A program made the translations under genes and the position numbers. Under the pieces are notes generated by a model that saw nothing but the letters and a program-made list of their open reading frames with translations, had not been told where the DNA came from and made no database searches. From Carcharhinus longimanus (lineage: Eukaryota), in the NCBI GenBank assembly GCA_030264375.1, contig JASCQW010000139.1:3765619-3829618 (forward strand): DNA of 64,000 bases, written 5' to 3'. Of the stretch, positions 1 to 12,300 are shown in pieces. Position 1 is the first letter of the stretch, and each line of letters begins with the position of its first letter.

Positions 1-402
1 GACTGAGTTATAGGGAGAGATTGGACAGCCTAGGAGTTCTTTTTCCTCTGGGGCGTTGGAGACTGATCTTATAGAGGTGTACAGGATCATGAGAGGCGTG
101 GATAGGATGAATGCACTCAGTCTTTTTCCCAGGGTTGGGGAATTGAGAACTAGAGGGCATAGAGGGGATAGAATGAATGGGAACCTGAGAAGCACCTTTT
201 TTAAACGGAAGGTGCTAAGTGTGTGGAATGAGCTGTCGGAGGTTGAGGCAGACACATTGACAACATTTAAAAGGCAATTGGACAGATAGATGGATTCGAG
301 GGATTTGGGCCAAATACAAGCAGATGGAATTAGCTTAGATGGGCTTTTTGGTCAGCGTGGACTAGTTTGGGCCGAAGGGCCTGTCTCCGTGCTGTAGATT
401 CT
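1..402 (+). mobile_element. CR1-clade LINE 3' fragment
   Basis: DLIEVYRIMRG..RTRGH..FF..V..WN.L..FKRQLD C-terminal ORF2 motif plus a gggccgaagggcctgt tail. Confidence 0.85.
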
Positions 403-482
403 AAGGAAGGTGTTCAAATTTCAGTGTAGGCATATGAAATCTGAATGCAGTTTCTTAAATAAAAATCCAGAAACTAGAACTG

Positions 483-709
483 CAGCACAGCTGCCTCGCA
501 GCACCAGGGACAAGGGTTTGATTCCTGGCTTGGGTCAAACCTGCGTGGGTTTCCTTCGGGTACTCCGGTTTTCTTCCACCGTCTGAAAGGCGTGTTGGTT
601 GGGTGCAGTGACCTGAACAGGCACTGGAGTGTGGCGACTGGGGAAATTTCACAGTAACTTCATTGCAGTGTTAATGTAAGCCTTACTTGTGACTAATAAA
701 TAAACTTTT
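483..709 (+). mobile_element. HE1-like tRNA-derived SINE, tail type B
   Basis: ctgcctc..gggtttgattcc head, gggtttcc..ccggttt core, ttcacagtaacttcattgcagtgttaatgtaagc..aataaataaactt tail. Confidence 0.8.
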
Positions 710-803
710 AAAAGTGACAATGGAGCTGGATTGGCGCGGACTTGTATTTACATAGCAACTTTCACAACCTGAAGACGTTCCAAAATATTTGATACCAGTA
801 CAG

Positions 804-1409
804 CGTGGCATGGTGGTTAACACTGCTGTGGTTGTTTCCACTGGCGGGTGAAACTAGAATAGGGGGAATGGCCTCAAAATAAGGGGGAGCAGATTTAGGA
901 CTGAGTTGAGGAGGAACTTCTTCACACAAAGGGTTGTGNNNNNNNNNNNNNNNNNNNNNNNNNNNNNNNNNNNNNNNNNNNNNNNNNNNNNNNNNNNNNN
1001 NNNNNNNNNNNNNNNNNNNNNNNNNNNNNNNNNNNNNNNNNNNNNNNNNNNNNNNNNAAAGATCAGCCATGATCTTATTGAATGGCGGAGCAGGCTCGAG
1101 GGGCCAGATGGCCGACTCCTGCTCCTAGTTCTTATGTTCTCACAGTGCCAAGGACCTGGGTTCAATTCCAGTCTTGAGTGACTGTCTGTGTGGGGTCTGC
1201 ACCTTCTCCCTGCATCTGCATGGGTTTCCTCCGGGTGCTCCGGTTTCCTCCCACAGTCCGAAAGATGTGCTGGTTAGATGAATTGGCCGTGCTAAATTCT
1301 CCCTCAGTTGTACCCGAACAGGTGCAGGAGTGTGGCAACTAGGGGATTTTCACAGTAACTTCATTACAGTGTTAATGTCAGCCTATTTGTGACACCAGTA
1401 AATAAACTT
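804..1409 (+). mobile_element. HE1-like SINE (type B) interrupted by a CR1 fragment at about 828-1140
   Basis: SINE head breaks after cactgctg and resumes at cacagtgcc; the insert has RRNFFTQRVV and a CR1 tail. Confidence 0.8.
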
Positions 1410-1764
1410 TAATTAAGTACTTTTGAAATGTTGTCACTGTTGTAAGTGTCGGTACCATTCCTACCAATTTGTGCACAGCAAGCTCCCACACACAGCAATT
1501 TTAAAATTCATTCACAGGGTCGAGGTGTCGCTGGCTAGACCAGCATTTATTGCTCTTTCCTAATTACCCTCAAAAAGGTGGTGGTGTTGAGCTGCCTTCT
1601 TGAACCGCTGCAGTCCATGTGGTGTAGGTACACCCATAGTGCTGTTAGGGAGGGTGTTCCAGGATGTTGACCCAGCAACAGTGATGGAACGGGGATGTAT
1701 TTCCAAGTCAAGATGGTGAGTGATTTGGAGAGGAACCTCCAGGTGGTGGTGTTCTGAGAACAAA

Positions 1765-2035
1765 GATTCTGTTTCCACTCATTTTAACCGAGGGACAGAC
1801 ATTGACCAGAACACCGCTTCTGCTATTCTGCCAAAAAGTCCCATGGGATCTTCCATACCCAACTGCGGGGGCAGACAGACTTTAAAGCTTCATCCAAAAG
1901 ACAGCTTGTCCAACAGCGCAATGTTCCCTTGGAACTGCAATAGGGGCCATCAGCTTGGGTTATTTGGTCTGGAGTGGGGCTTGAACATACAAACCTTGAT
2001 TCAGAGGAGAGTGCACTACTCTGTGACCCTGGATG
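1765..2035 (-). mobile_element. DeuSINE-like SINE, degenerate
   Basis: Reverse complement resembles the Deu core (gctgtctttggatgaag..gatcccatgg). Confidence 0.55.
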
Positions 2036-2477
2036 AAAACACAACTGGCTGGTGAATGTCCATCAGGGAAACAATCCTTTCAGACTGTGGCCGATTACAG
2101 TCTCACACCACATGTCTGTAGCCTCAAATGCCCTCTGAAAGACTCCAGGAGGAAGGTTAACTACCTCCTATGCAGGGTGACTGGGGACGGACATCAAATG
2201 CTGAGATCCTGCAAGAGGTTAGAATTGAAGGAGCAGTGACCTCAGAGGGTCAGAGAGAGAGTGAGGCAGCAACACGGAGAGATCTGAAGCCAATTCAGAT
2301 TTAAGCAGTGGGTCATGTTTTACTGTTATAAACTAACATAGAAGGGGAGTGACTATTGTGTGGGCAAACACTACACCATAAGCAGCAACATGAACCCTCA
2401 GTGCCCCCTCAGAACTGTACTAGGTCAGGTACCAGTCTAAATATGTGCTTAATGTTGAAATACCACAACCATTCACC

Positions 2478-2992
2478 AAAGGCTAAGAAAATTTGACATG
2501 TCCACCATGACTCTCACTAACGTTTACAGATGCACCATANNNNNNNNNNNNNNNNNNNNNNNNNNNNNNNNNNNNNNNNNNNNNNNNNNNNNNNNNNNNN
2601 NNNNNNNNNNNNNNNNNNNNNNNNNNNNNNNNNNNNNNNNNNNNNNNNNNNNNNNNNNNNNNNNNNNNNNNNNNNNNNNNNNNNNNNNNNNNNNNNNNNN
2701 NNNNNNNNNNNNNNNNNNNNNNNNNNNNNNNNNNNNNNNNNNNNNNNNNNNNNNNNNNNNNNNNNNNNNNNNNNNNNNNNNNNNNNNNNNNNNNNNNNNN
2801 NNNNNNNNNNNNNNNNNNNNNNNNNNNNNNNNNNNNNNNNNNNNNNNNNNNNNNNNNNNNNNNNNNNNNNNNNNNNNNNNNNNNNNNNNNNNNNNNNNTG
2901 TCCTCTTCTGTGAATGGTATGCTTTGTATAGCACTCAAGAAACAATACTTTTCACTGTATACTAATACATGTGACAATAATAAATCAAATTA
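2478..2992 (+). mobile_element. Rex1/Babar-type LINE 3' fragment (mostly gap)
   Basis: LRKFDMSTMTLTNVYRCTI; its tail matches the copy at 32640-32765. Confidence 0.75.
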
Positions 2993-3196
2993 AACTGACA
3001 GTAAGGCTGCTGCTTACCATGTGATGTAAACACATTCTTGTGTTTTGACAAATATGTGAATAGGATGGGAATAAAGGGATATGTTCCCCGGAAGGGTTGG
3101 GGGTTTTAGTTCAGGCAGGATGGTAAGTGCAGGCTTATAGGGCTGAAGGGTCTGTTCTTTACCTGATTGGAGTTGGCACTTTCTATCCCCTTGCAG

Positions 3197-3373
3197 ATAT
3201 TCAGAAATATCCTCAGCAGAGAAATGTACGACAAGCAGCTCATGGAACTTTCCAGAAAAATTACAGACTGGGCCTATGGGCCAGTTTCTTCTTCACTTTA
3301 CGACATCACGGAAGTGGACACCTCAGCAAAGAATTCTGTCCTGAAAGTCGTCACGTTTAACACCACAATCCAG
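3197..3373 (+). CDS. TRPV3: TRPV exon: membrane-proximal linker (IFRNILSRE...[12 protein letters not shown]...FNTTIQ)
   Basis: ttgcag acceptor at 3191-3196; 59 codons. Best donor is CAG|GCGAGC (GC type); an in-frame GT alternative lies at 3380. Confidence 0.92.
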
Positions 3374-6300
3374 GCGAGCGTGTTTGAATTTAACATTTCC
3401 ATCGGCCAGTTTATCATTTTTTGCACCAGTAGAGTTCTTATTTTAAATATCACTCATCACAGTGCTGGGCAGAATCCGATTATCTGAAAGGCAATCTCCC
3501 TTCACTTCATCAACCTTGCACAAAGAGGCAGACAGCCAGAGGCCACTGGAGTAAGTCTACTGCTCAGATCAACCTTCCACCTCACCATCCTTCACATTTG
3601 GTCTCACTAACTGTCTACTAAGATTCCAGTTGGGACTGGACTCTTCTAGGATTAGACAACCTTTCTCCATTTTGGAAATGCGACTGTGTGTGTGGCTCTG
3701 CCAAAGAGCCANNNNNNNNNNNNNNNNNNNNNNNNNNNNNNNNNNNNNNNNNNNNNNNNNNNNNNNNNNNNNNNNNNNNNNNNNNNNNNNNNNNNNNNNN
3801 NNNNNNNNNNNNNNNNNNNNNNNNNNNNNNNNNNNNNNNNNNNNNNNNNNNNNNNNNNNNNNNNNNNNNNNNNNNNNNNNNNNNNNNNNNNNNNNNNNNN
3901 NNNNNNNNNNNNNNNNNNNNNNNNNNNNNNNNNNNNNNNNNNNNNNNNNNNNNNNNNNNNNNNNNNNNNNNNNNNNNNNNNNNNNNNNNNNNNNNNNNNN
4001 NNNNNNNNNNNNNNNNNNNNNNNNNNNNNNNNNNNNNNNNNNNNNNNNNNNNNNNNNNNNNNNNNNNNNNNNNNNNNNNNNNNNNNNNNNNNNNNNNNNN
4101 NNNNNNNNNNNNNNNNNNNNNNNNNNNNNNNNNNNNNNNNNNNNNNTTCTGTGATCCTGTCAAACGACCATTTCCTCAGCTGATCTTGGGCCATCCTTGC
4201 ACCCAGCTCCTTGAGATTCATCAATAAAACTGCCTTCTAATCAAACATACTTCTAATCAAACATACTCTCTCCTGGGTCTCCAGAATAGGAATCCTTTGC
4301 CTTCCTCATTTCCACCTTCCCATCTCCAACTTCAAACTCAGATCCGCTCTGAGGGTAAATAATACCCATACTAATATAGGGGGGTGATGTGGGCCGGGGA
4401 AGTTGCTGACTCGGTGCAGTCTCAATGGGTCAAATGGTCTTCTGCACTGTAGGGATTTTGTGATTCTACGTGGAGCACGAACACCAGCACAAACCAGTTA
4501 GGCCGAAACGCCTCTTTCTTGCTCTGTTGTAAATTCCATGTAACTGTGACATTTAGTGGTTTGGGCTTTGCTAAAAACTCCGCAAGTTTAATCATGCCTC
4601 CCGTGATTAATGTCTTCATTCTGGTGAGGAAGTGATAGCTTGTGAATTGCCTCAAGTTGCTGATATTCATGATAGTTTTGCGAAAATGGCATCTCACTCT
4701 CAACCTCCAGTTAGTTTTGTGAAGTTGCATGCTAATTATTTCTTAAACACATTGAAGAAAGTTAGGGATAGTCATTAACAGCTTGAATCCTTGTTTTTAA
4801 TGGCGAAATTTTTGTCCCCTCGATATCCCACTGCAGCCAGAGGTGGTTTGAACAAGAATAGGCCTCAGTTTGGGAGGGCCTGATGGTCCCCAATTCAGTC
4901 GTGGGGGTTTTGGCACACAGCCACTCGCTGGTTTCTCGAGGGAGTCATGATGTGGATTCTCGAGGGAGGGCAGCCAAGGATTACCAGCCTAATTCCAGGG
5001 ATGGCGGGACTGATGTATGAGGAGAGATTGATTAGGTTAGGATTGTTTTCACTGGAGTTGGAGGTGAGGGGGGTGGGGGGAATCTCATAGGGATCTATAA
5101 AATTCTAACAGGACTGGACAGGGTAGATGCAGGGAGGATGTTCCCGATGGTGGGGGAGTCCAGAACCAGGGGTCACAGTCTGAGGATTCAGNNNNNNNNN
5201 NNNNNNNNNNNNNNNNNNNNNNNNATTCATTACACAGGAAGTAGTTGATGCCAAAACGTTGAATGTATTCAAGAGGCGGCTGGATACAGCACTTGGGGTG
5301 AATGGGATCGAAGGTTATGGGGAGAAAGCAGGATTAGGCTATTGAGTTGGACAATCGGTGACAATCGTGATGAATGGCAGAGCAGGCTCGAAGGGCCGAA
5401 TGGCCTCCTGCTCCTATGTTTCCTTCACTACCTGCTTTACCAGGAGGCCTTGTGGCTCAGTGAGTAGTGCCCACCACCCTCCTCCTCCTCCCCCCACCCC
5501 AACCCACCTGCATTGAACCGGACCAGAAACTCTGGATTCAAGCCCAACGCCAGGACTTGTTGACCACGGAAGGAGGCTGAGATTCAGCTCAGGAATCCAC
5601 TATTCCCCAAAAGGTAAAAAAACAGCTTGGGTGTGAACCACCACCACTCAGCCTCTCCAGCTCAAACTGTGGAATCACATTCCTGATTGCAGTTTTTATT
5701 TAAACTTTTATCGCTTCTCTCTCTTAATCCAAGCTTTCCCCCTCTATTACTCATTCTGTGCCTGATTTGACACCATTCCCCTCTTTCTCTCTTCAATCAC
5801 ATTGGTGCAGGAGTTGACTGCTGCTCACCACCTTCCCAGAATCTCTGTTGCCCTCACCACCGTTCGCATTGTCGCAGAGCAAGAAAAGTTCCGGTTTAAT
5901 AATTTAACATCTCACGGCGCAGCGTCAAAAATCAATCTAATTATTTCTCTCCTTCTTCACCCCCTTTAGAACAGACACCTGTTGCTCTCTGTGGAACCCT
6001 TAAACACGTTGCTTGAGCAAAAGTGGAACAAATTTGCAGCCTACATGTTCACCATCAGCTGCTTGCTGTATGTGTCATATATAATCATTTTTACCACCAT
6101 CTATTATGACATACCGTGTGTAAAGGTAAGGAGTTCCTCTAAAGACTTGCATTTCTAAAGCACCGTTCACAACCTCACAAAATGCCAAATGAAAAGTGTC
6201 AGCTTAGACTTTGTGCACTTGTTATGGAGTGGGATCGCAATCTCTTTTGCAGAATACAAGGCTGCAAACCTCCCACTTGAATGGTGTTGCAGCACTTTTG

Positions 6301-9300
6301 GGATTTTGCAGTCACGCTCTCTCTTAGCAACCAGATTCCTCTGGAGTCTGCCTATGGTACAGATGAGCTGAGGCTGTGCAGAGATGATCCACCCTGTCGG
6401 GAACCCATCCAGTAACAACTCACCTATCTGAAACAAACACTTACACCAACTTATGGTCACCACGGAAGAGAACTGTACTAAGTTTGCACCTATAGAAAGG
6501 CCACTCTGCCCATCGTGACTACACTAGCCAAAGAACGAGCCACCCAGCCTAATCCCACATTCTGGCATTTGCTCCGTAACCCAGCAGGTTACAGCACCTG
6601 AGGCGTATATCCTGACACTCCGTTAAAGTGAGTCAAGGGCTTCTGCCTCTACTATCCTGTCAGGCAGCGAGGCCCAATAGCCCTCTGGATGAACAGAATC
6701 TTTCCTCAACTCCCCTTCCCATCGAGTCTGCATTGACCACAATCCCAACCAGGCCCTATTCCTGCAACCCCACATATTTACCCTGTTAATCCCCTAATGT
6801 TAGGGTCAACTCAATCTTTCTATTAATAACTTTTAAACTATATTCCCTAGTCATTGGCACCTCAGCTAAAGAATTAGTCCCTTCCTAGCCACTCAACCCA
6901 GACCCTGCAGGTTTGCAGCATATTTATAATCATAAACATACTTATATTTTTTTGCCTCCATTTCAGACAAATACTACGACAACAACATCACGGCAACACA
7001 GAGGACAAATTTTAATCTTTACATGGGCCATTGTTTTATTTATCCTGGAAGTAAGTATAACATTATTTATTGCAAACTGTGTTACTTATCATGCAGGTAC
7101 AGCAAGCAATTAGGAGGCATACAATACTGGGGCGGCACAGTGGTTAGCACTGCTGCCTCACAGGGCCAGGGACCCAGGTTCGATTCCCGGCTTAGGTCAC
7201 TGTCTGTGTGGAATCTTCACGTTCTCCCCGTGTCTGCGTGGATTTCTGCTGGGTGCCTCGGTTTCCTCCCACAGTCCAATGATGTGCGGGTTAAGTGGAT
7301 TGGCTAAGTTGCCCCTTAGTGTCAGGGGAACTAGCTAGGATAACTGCAACAGGTAATGGGGGTAAGGCCTGGGTGGGATTGTGGTCGGTGCAGGCTTGAT
7401 GGGCCAAGTGGCCTTCTTCTACACTGTAGGACTCTATATATGAAATATGTTAACCTTCACAGCAAGATGGTTGGAAGATAGGAGTAAGGAGGTCATGTCA
7501 GAGTCCACACAAGTACTGTGTACAGTTTTACCCTGGTTACCCAAGGAATGATATACTGGCCCGAGAGACAGCTCACCAAAGGTTCACCCAGATTCATTCC
7601 TTGGATGAGAAACTTTTCCTGTGAGGAAAGATGGATTGGAATGGGCTTATTTTCTCTGGAGCTTAGAATGAGAGGTGATCACACTGGAACATGCGAGATT
7701 CTGAGAGCACTTGACAATGTGGCGACTGAGTGGCTGTTTCTCCTGCCAGGCGAGCCACAGACTGGGGGGGTCATAATCTCAGAATGAGGGANNNNNNNNN
7801 NCTGGCCAGGACGGAGATAAGGAATTCATTGACAAGGCAGTCCAGGGAAGGTTCACTAGGTTGATCCCAGGCATGAAGGGATTTTAATGAGGAGAGGTTG
7901 AGTAGTTTGTGCCTGTACTCATTAGAATCAAGAATGAGAGGTGATCTTTTTGAGACACATAGGATTGTTAGGGGGCTCGACAGGGTTGATGCTGAGAGAT
8001 TGTTTCTCCTTGAAGGAGAGTCTAGGGCCAGAAGGCATAATCGCAGGGTTAGGCATTGTGACGATTCGAAGAAATGTATGAGTCATGCTTCTGTGCGGGA
8101 GTTTTTTAAAAAGTCTAACCCCAGTGTTATTTTAGTGCTGCCTGGGGTTTTGCAAAGTAGGACTTGAATAGAATGATTGATAGAAAAATCAGGTGACTGG
8201 GTGAAGCTAGGTTTACACAGAGAATCAAGTCAGATGCTGCTTGGAGTTCTCAGAGAGCAGTGCCTCTCTTTACCTCTCTGGAGTTGGAGACTAGGACCTG
8301 CCAGGAAATAAATCTCTTCCTCATATTCCGCTGTTTGGGGTGGATCTTTCTCTGGAAACTGCATCAGAAGACAAGTGTCTGTCTGGATCTCTGTCCAGAG
8401 GTGTAAAAGGCTAGAAATCCAGCAATATCTGTTCTCATGCTGATCCAAAAAAGATATTTATGTCTGTGGGGATTCTTCTTACATTGGAACTAAAGCAAGA
8501 GCTAGTGCAGAATTACACCTTGTCATGTTTTAAGTATTCCCAATTAGTAAAAGTTATGCTAATTCTTTGTCACATTTTAAAGTGTTATTAAAAATGAAGT
8601 TTGTTTGATAAAAGCTTCCTTATGGATCAATTTAATCATAACTGGAGTGAAACATTTTATGCTCACCCTATTGCCAAAATTAAAATATTGGAGTCTAGAC
8701 TAACTCCAAAAATATAACTTGGTGTTTCTGATCTGATCCCCAAACGGGTCACCCATTTAAGAGACAAGGAGAAATTTCTTCTCTCAGAGGGTAGTGAATC
8801 TGTAGAATGCTTAGAAAGAGCTGTAGGCGACATGGTGATACAGTAGTTAGCACTGCTGCCTCACAGTGCCAGGCACCCGGGTTCGACTCCACCTTGGGTC
8901 ACTGTCTGCGTGGAGTTTGCATGTTCTCCCTGTGTCTGGATGGGTTTCCTCCAGGTGCTCCAGTTTCCTCCCACAGTCTGAAAGACATGCTAATATGGTG
9001 CATTGTCACCAGAGTGTGGCAACTACGGGATTTTCACAGCAACTTCATTGCATTGTTAATATAAGCCTACTTATAACATTAACAAAAAAACAATAAATAA
9101 ATTTAAACTTAGAGGCTGGCTCATGAAGTATGTTCAAGGCTGAGATAGGTTTTGAATTAGTTAGGGAATCAAAGGTTATCGGGATAAGGTGGGAAAGTGG
9201 AGTTGAGGATTATTATCGATCACTCATTGAATGGTGGAGCAGCCCCATTGGGTCTATGTCTAATGGACGCAGAATGAATAGAGGGAATTATCTTTCCCAG

Positions 9301-12300
9301 AGATCATGGAATGTTCAATCACTGAGTATATTCAAGACTGGGATTTTCGGATTTTTGGGCACAAAAAGGAATGATGGGACATATAGAGCAGACAGGAAAA
9401 TGGAATGTGAGTCTGAAGTTCTGCCATCAACCTGAACAGGCGTGGAAACTCCTGCACAAAATTTGGTGATTTTGATTCCATCCTAGAAGATCTGATGACC
9501 TGAATTAAATTTTGTTGTACCTGGGTGTGTTGAATTGGGCCATATTGTAATTAACTGGGCCACATTGTGTTGTTCTAAAAAGTTTATTTATTAGTCACAA
9601 GTAGGCTTACATTAACACTGCAATGATGTTATTGTGAAAATCCCCCAGACGCCACACTCCGGCACCTGTTCGAGTACACTGAAAGAGAATTTAGCATGGC
9701 CAATGCACCTAGCTATGCTGTAGTTTTGGACTATTGCAAGTTTGATATGGTTATTTGTATAACATGCAGCTAGGTAATGTTTTGTTATACTGGGCAGCAC
9801 GGTAGCACACTGGTTAGCACTGCTGCCTCACAGCGCCAGGCACCCAGGTTCAATTCACAGCTTGGGTCACTGTGTGTGTGGAGTCCAGATGTGCAGGTTA
9901 GGTGCATTGGCCTGATAAATTGCCTCTTAGTGTCCCAGGATGCGTAGGTTAGACAGATTAGTGGGGTAAATATATGGGTTAAGGGATGTGGATATGTGAG
10001 AGTGTGGTTGGTGCAGGCTTAATGGGTTGAATGGCCTCCGGCACTGTAGGGATTCTATGATTCGAACCAGGGTGCCTGGTGCTGTGAGGCAGCAGTGCTA
10101 ACCACTGTGTCACCATGTCACCTACAGCTCTTTCCAAGCATTCTACAGGTTCATTCCCTCAGAGAAGAAATTTCTCCTTGTCTCTTAAATGGCTGACCCG
10201 GTTGGGATCAGATCAGAAACACCAAGTTATGTTATTGGAGTTAATCTAGACGCCAATATTTTAATTTTGGCAATAGGGTGAGCATAAAATGTTTCACTCC
10301 AGGTATGATTAAATTGATCCAAAAGGATCTATGATTCTTCTTCTATGTGTTAAATCAAATTTGGTTGAGCTGTCTTTGCAGAGTTGGGATTTGGGATAGT
10401 TTTCCTTATACCATGATTACTTTACAGAGCCAGTAATCCAGAGGTCTAGACTAATGACACAGAAAGGTGATCAAATCCCATAGCAATTCATAAATTGGAT
10501 TCAATTCATGAAATAAATTTTGATTCAAAAAACTAATACAGTATCAACAATGGCTGATCATGAAGCTATTGAATTATTGGGACAGCATGATGGTTAGTAC
10601 TGCTGCCTCACAGCGTCAGAGATCTGGGTTTGATTCCCAGCTTGGGTCACTCAGTGTGGAGTTTGTACATTCTCTCCATGTCTGGATGGGTTTCCTCCAG
10701 GTGCTCCAGTTTCCTCCCACAATCCAAAGATGTGTGGGTTAGGTGGATTGGCTATGCTAAATTGACCTTCCTTTAGCAGGGTAAATATGTGGAGTTACGG
10801 GAATAGGTCCTGGATAGGATAGTGGTTGGTGCAGACTCAACGGGCTGAATTACCTCCTTCTGCACTGTAGGGATTCAATGATTGCAAAAATCTGATTGGT
10901 TCCCAAAATGATTTTGGAAAACGAAAGCTGCCATCCTTACCTAGTCTGGTTCCCAAGTAAGAGGGGTACATCACTATGGTTCACTCAACTGCTCTGTGGA
11001 ATGGTCTACCAAGCCAAAGGCAGCTCACCATCACCTTCTCATTAACAATAGACAATGACTTTCCACTGGTGGCATATGGAATCCACGTTAAAAATGTTGC
11101 ATTGGTTCATATTGTACAGAGTTGACCTTTTTTTTAAATTAATTTAGTTTTGTCGAGATATCTTTTATTAATTGGAACTGCATTGTGTTGACATCATCCA
11201 ATGTTAAAGATTGCTTTAATTTTTTAATTTTGTAGTTGGCAATGATAGTCCAGTTGAGACTTTCTTACCTCCAATCGATAATGACAGATGCCTGGTTCCA
11301 CATCCTGTTGTGAGTATATCTTATTAATGGTTGAAATAGTACAAGCTTCCCTTGTTGATAAAGGAATGGTGAAATGATGAACCCCACTCAAAAGACGTAA
11401 ATATATAATCCAGGCTGGCGTAGGGAATGCTGCGTCATCCAAGATGCATCCTTAGCACGATGAGGCAAGGTGGTAGCCAGAGGCCACTGGAGCAAACTAA
11501 CCACCCAAATCATCAACCTGACACCTCACAATCTTTCACATTTGGTTTCACTGTGTGCAATAGTTCCAGCTGCGACTGGAGTGTTGTGGGATTAGACAAG
11601 CATCCTTTCAACCAAGGTCATAGAGCTGAAGGGTTCAGCACAAGACTTTAGGGTGACATGCTACTGAAGGAATGCTGTACTGTCTGAAATGTTGTCTTTT
11701 GGCTGAGCCATTAAACCATCTTCCCTGTTTGAGAAGATTGTGTGGCCACCACATCAAAGCACAGTGCCCTGGATTAATATTTATCCCTCAGTCAATACCT
11801 CAAAAGAAGAACATTTTCAGTCTTTATTGCCTTTCTGTTCGAGAGTCTGCCATCTGTAAATTGCTTGTCCAGTATCCAACATTACAACAACAACCACACT
11901 CAAAAGTACTTTATCCAACCATTTGATATCAATGCAGGATCTATCTTTTCCCATTCAGCATTTTACAGGCTGGGCTGGTGATCTTGTGCACCATATTGGA
12001 CTGGGCTGACATGGAACTCCATCTGGCAGCACGGGTGGGGGCGATGGCTCTCGGCTGGATTAATATCCTATACTACACACGGGGATTCCAAAGCATGGGG
12101 ATCTACAGCGTCATGCTACAGAAGGTAAGGGCGAATGCCAGAACCTGGCTTATACGATTCATAGTTAAGTTCAGAGGACAAAGAAAAGGCAAATGAGGAA
12201 TCAAGGTAACGCAATGGAACAAGGAAAATTATTTGAAAGGGAGCAACAGAATGAACTTCCAAGAGTAATAAGTGTTGGTGGAGAGGGAAGGGATTAAGTG

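Larger units (their letters stand above)
7480..9260 (+). mobile_element. Nested CR1 fragments interrupted by a solo LTR and a SINE
   Basis: [32 protein letters not shown]; resumes at 8746 and again at 9111. Confidence 0.8.

Noticed and set aside
1-3196. Upstream TRPV ankyrin-repeat exons
   Set aside because: No TPL..AA ankyrin motif with splice sites was found; the region is repeats and gaps.
2483-4227. Long ORFs in the ORF track
   Set aside because: Artefacts of N runs translated as X.
7128-7200. tRNA-like A/B boxes here and in other copies
   Set aside because: They are SINE heads continuing into SINE body and tail, not tRNA genes.
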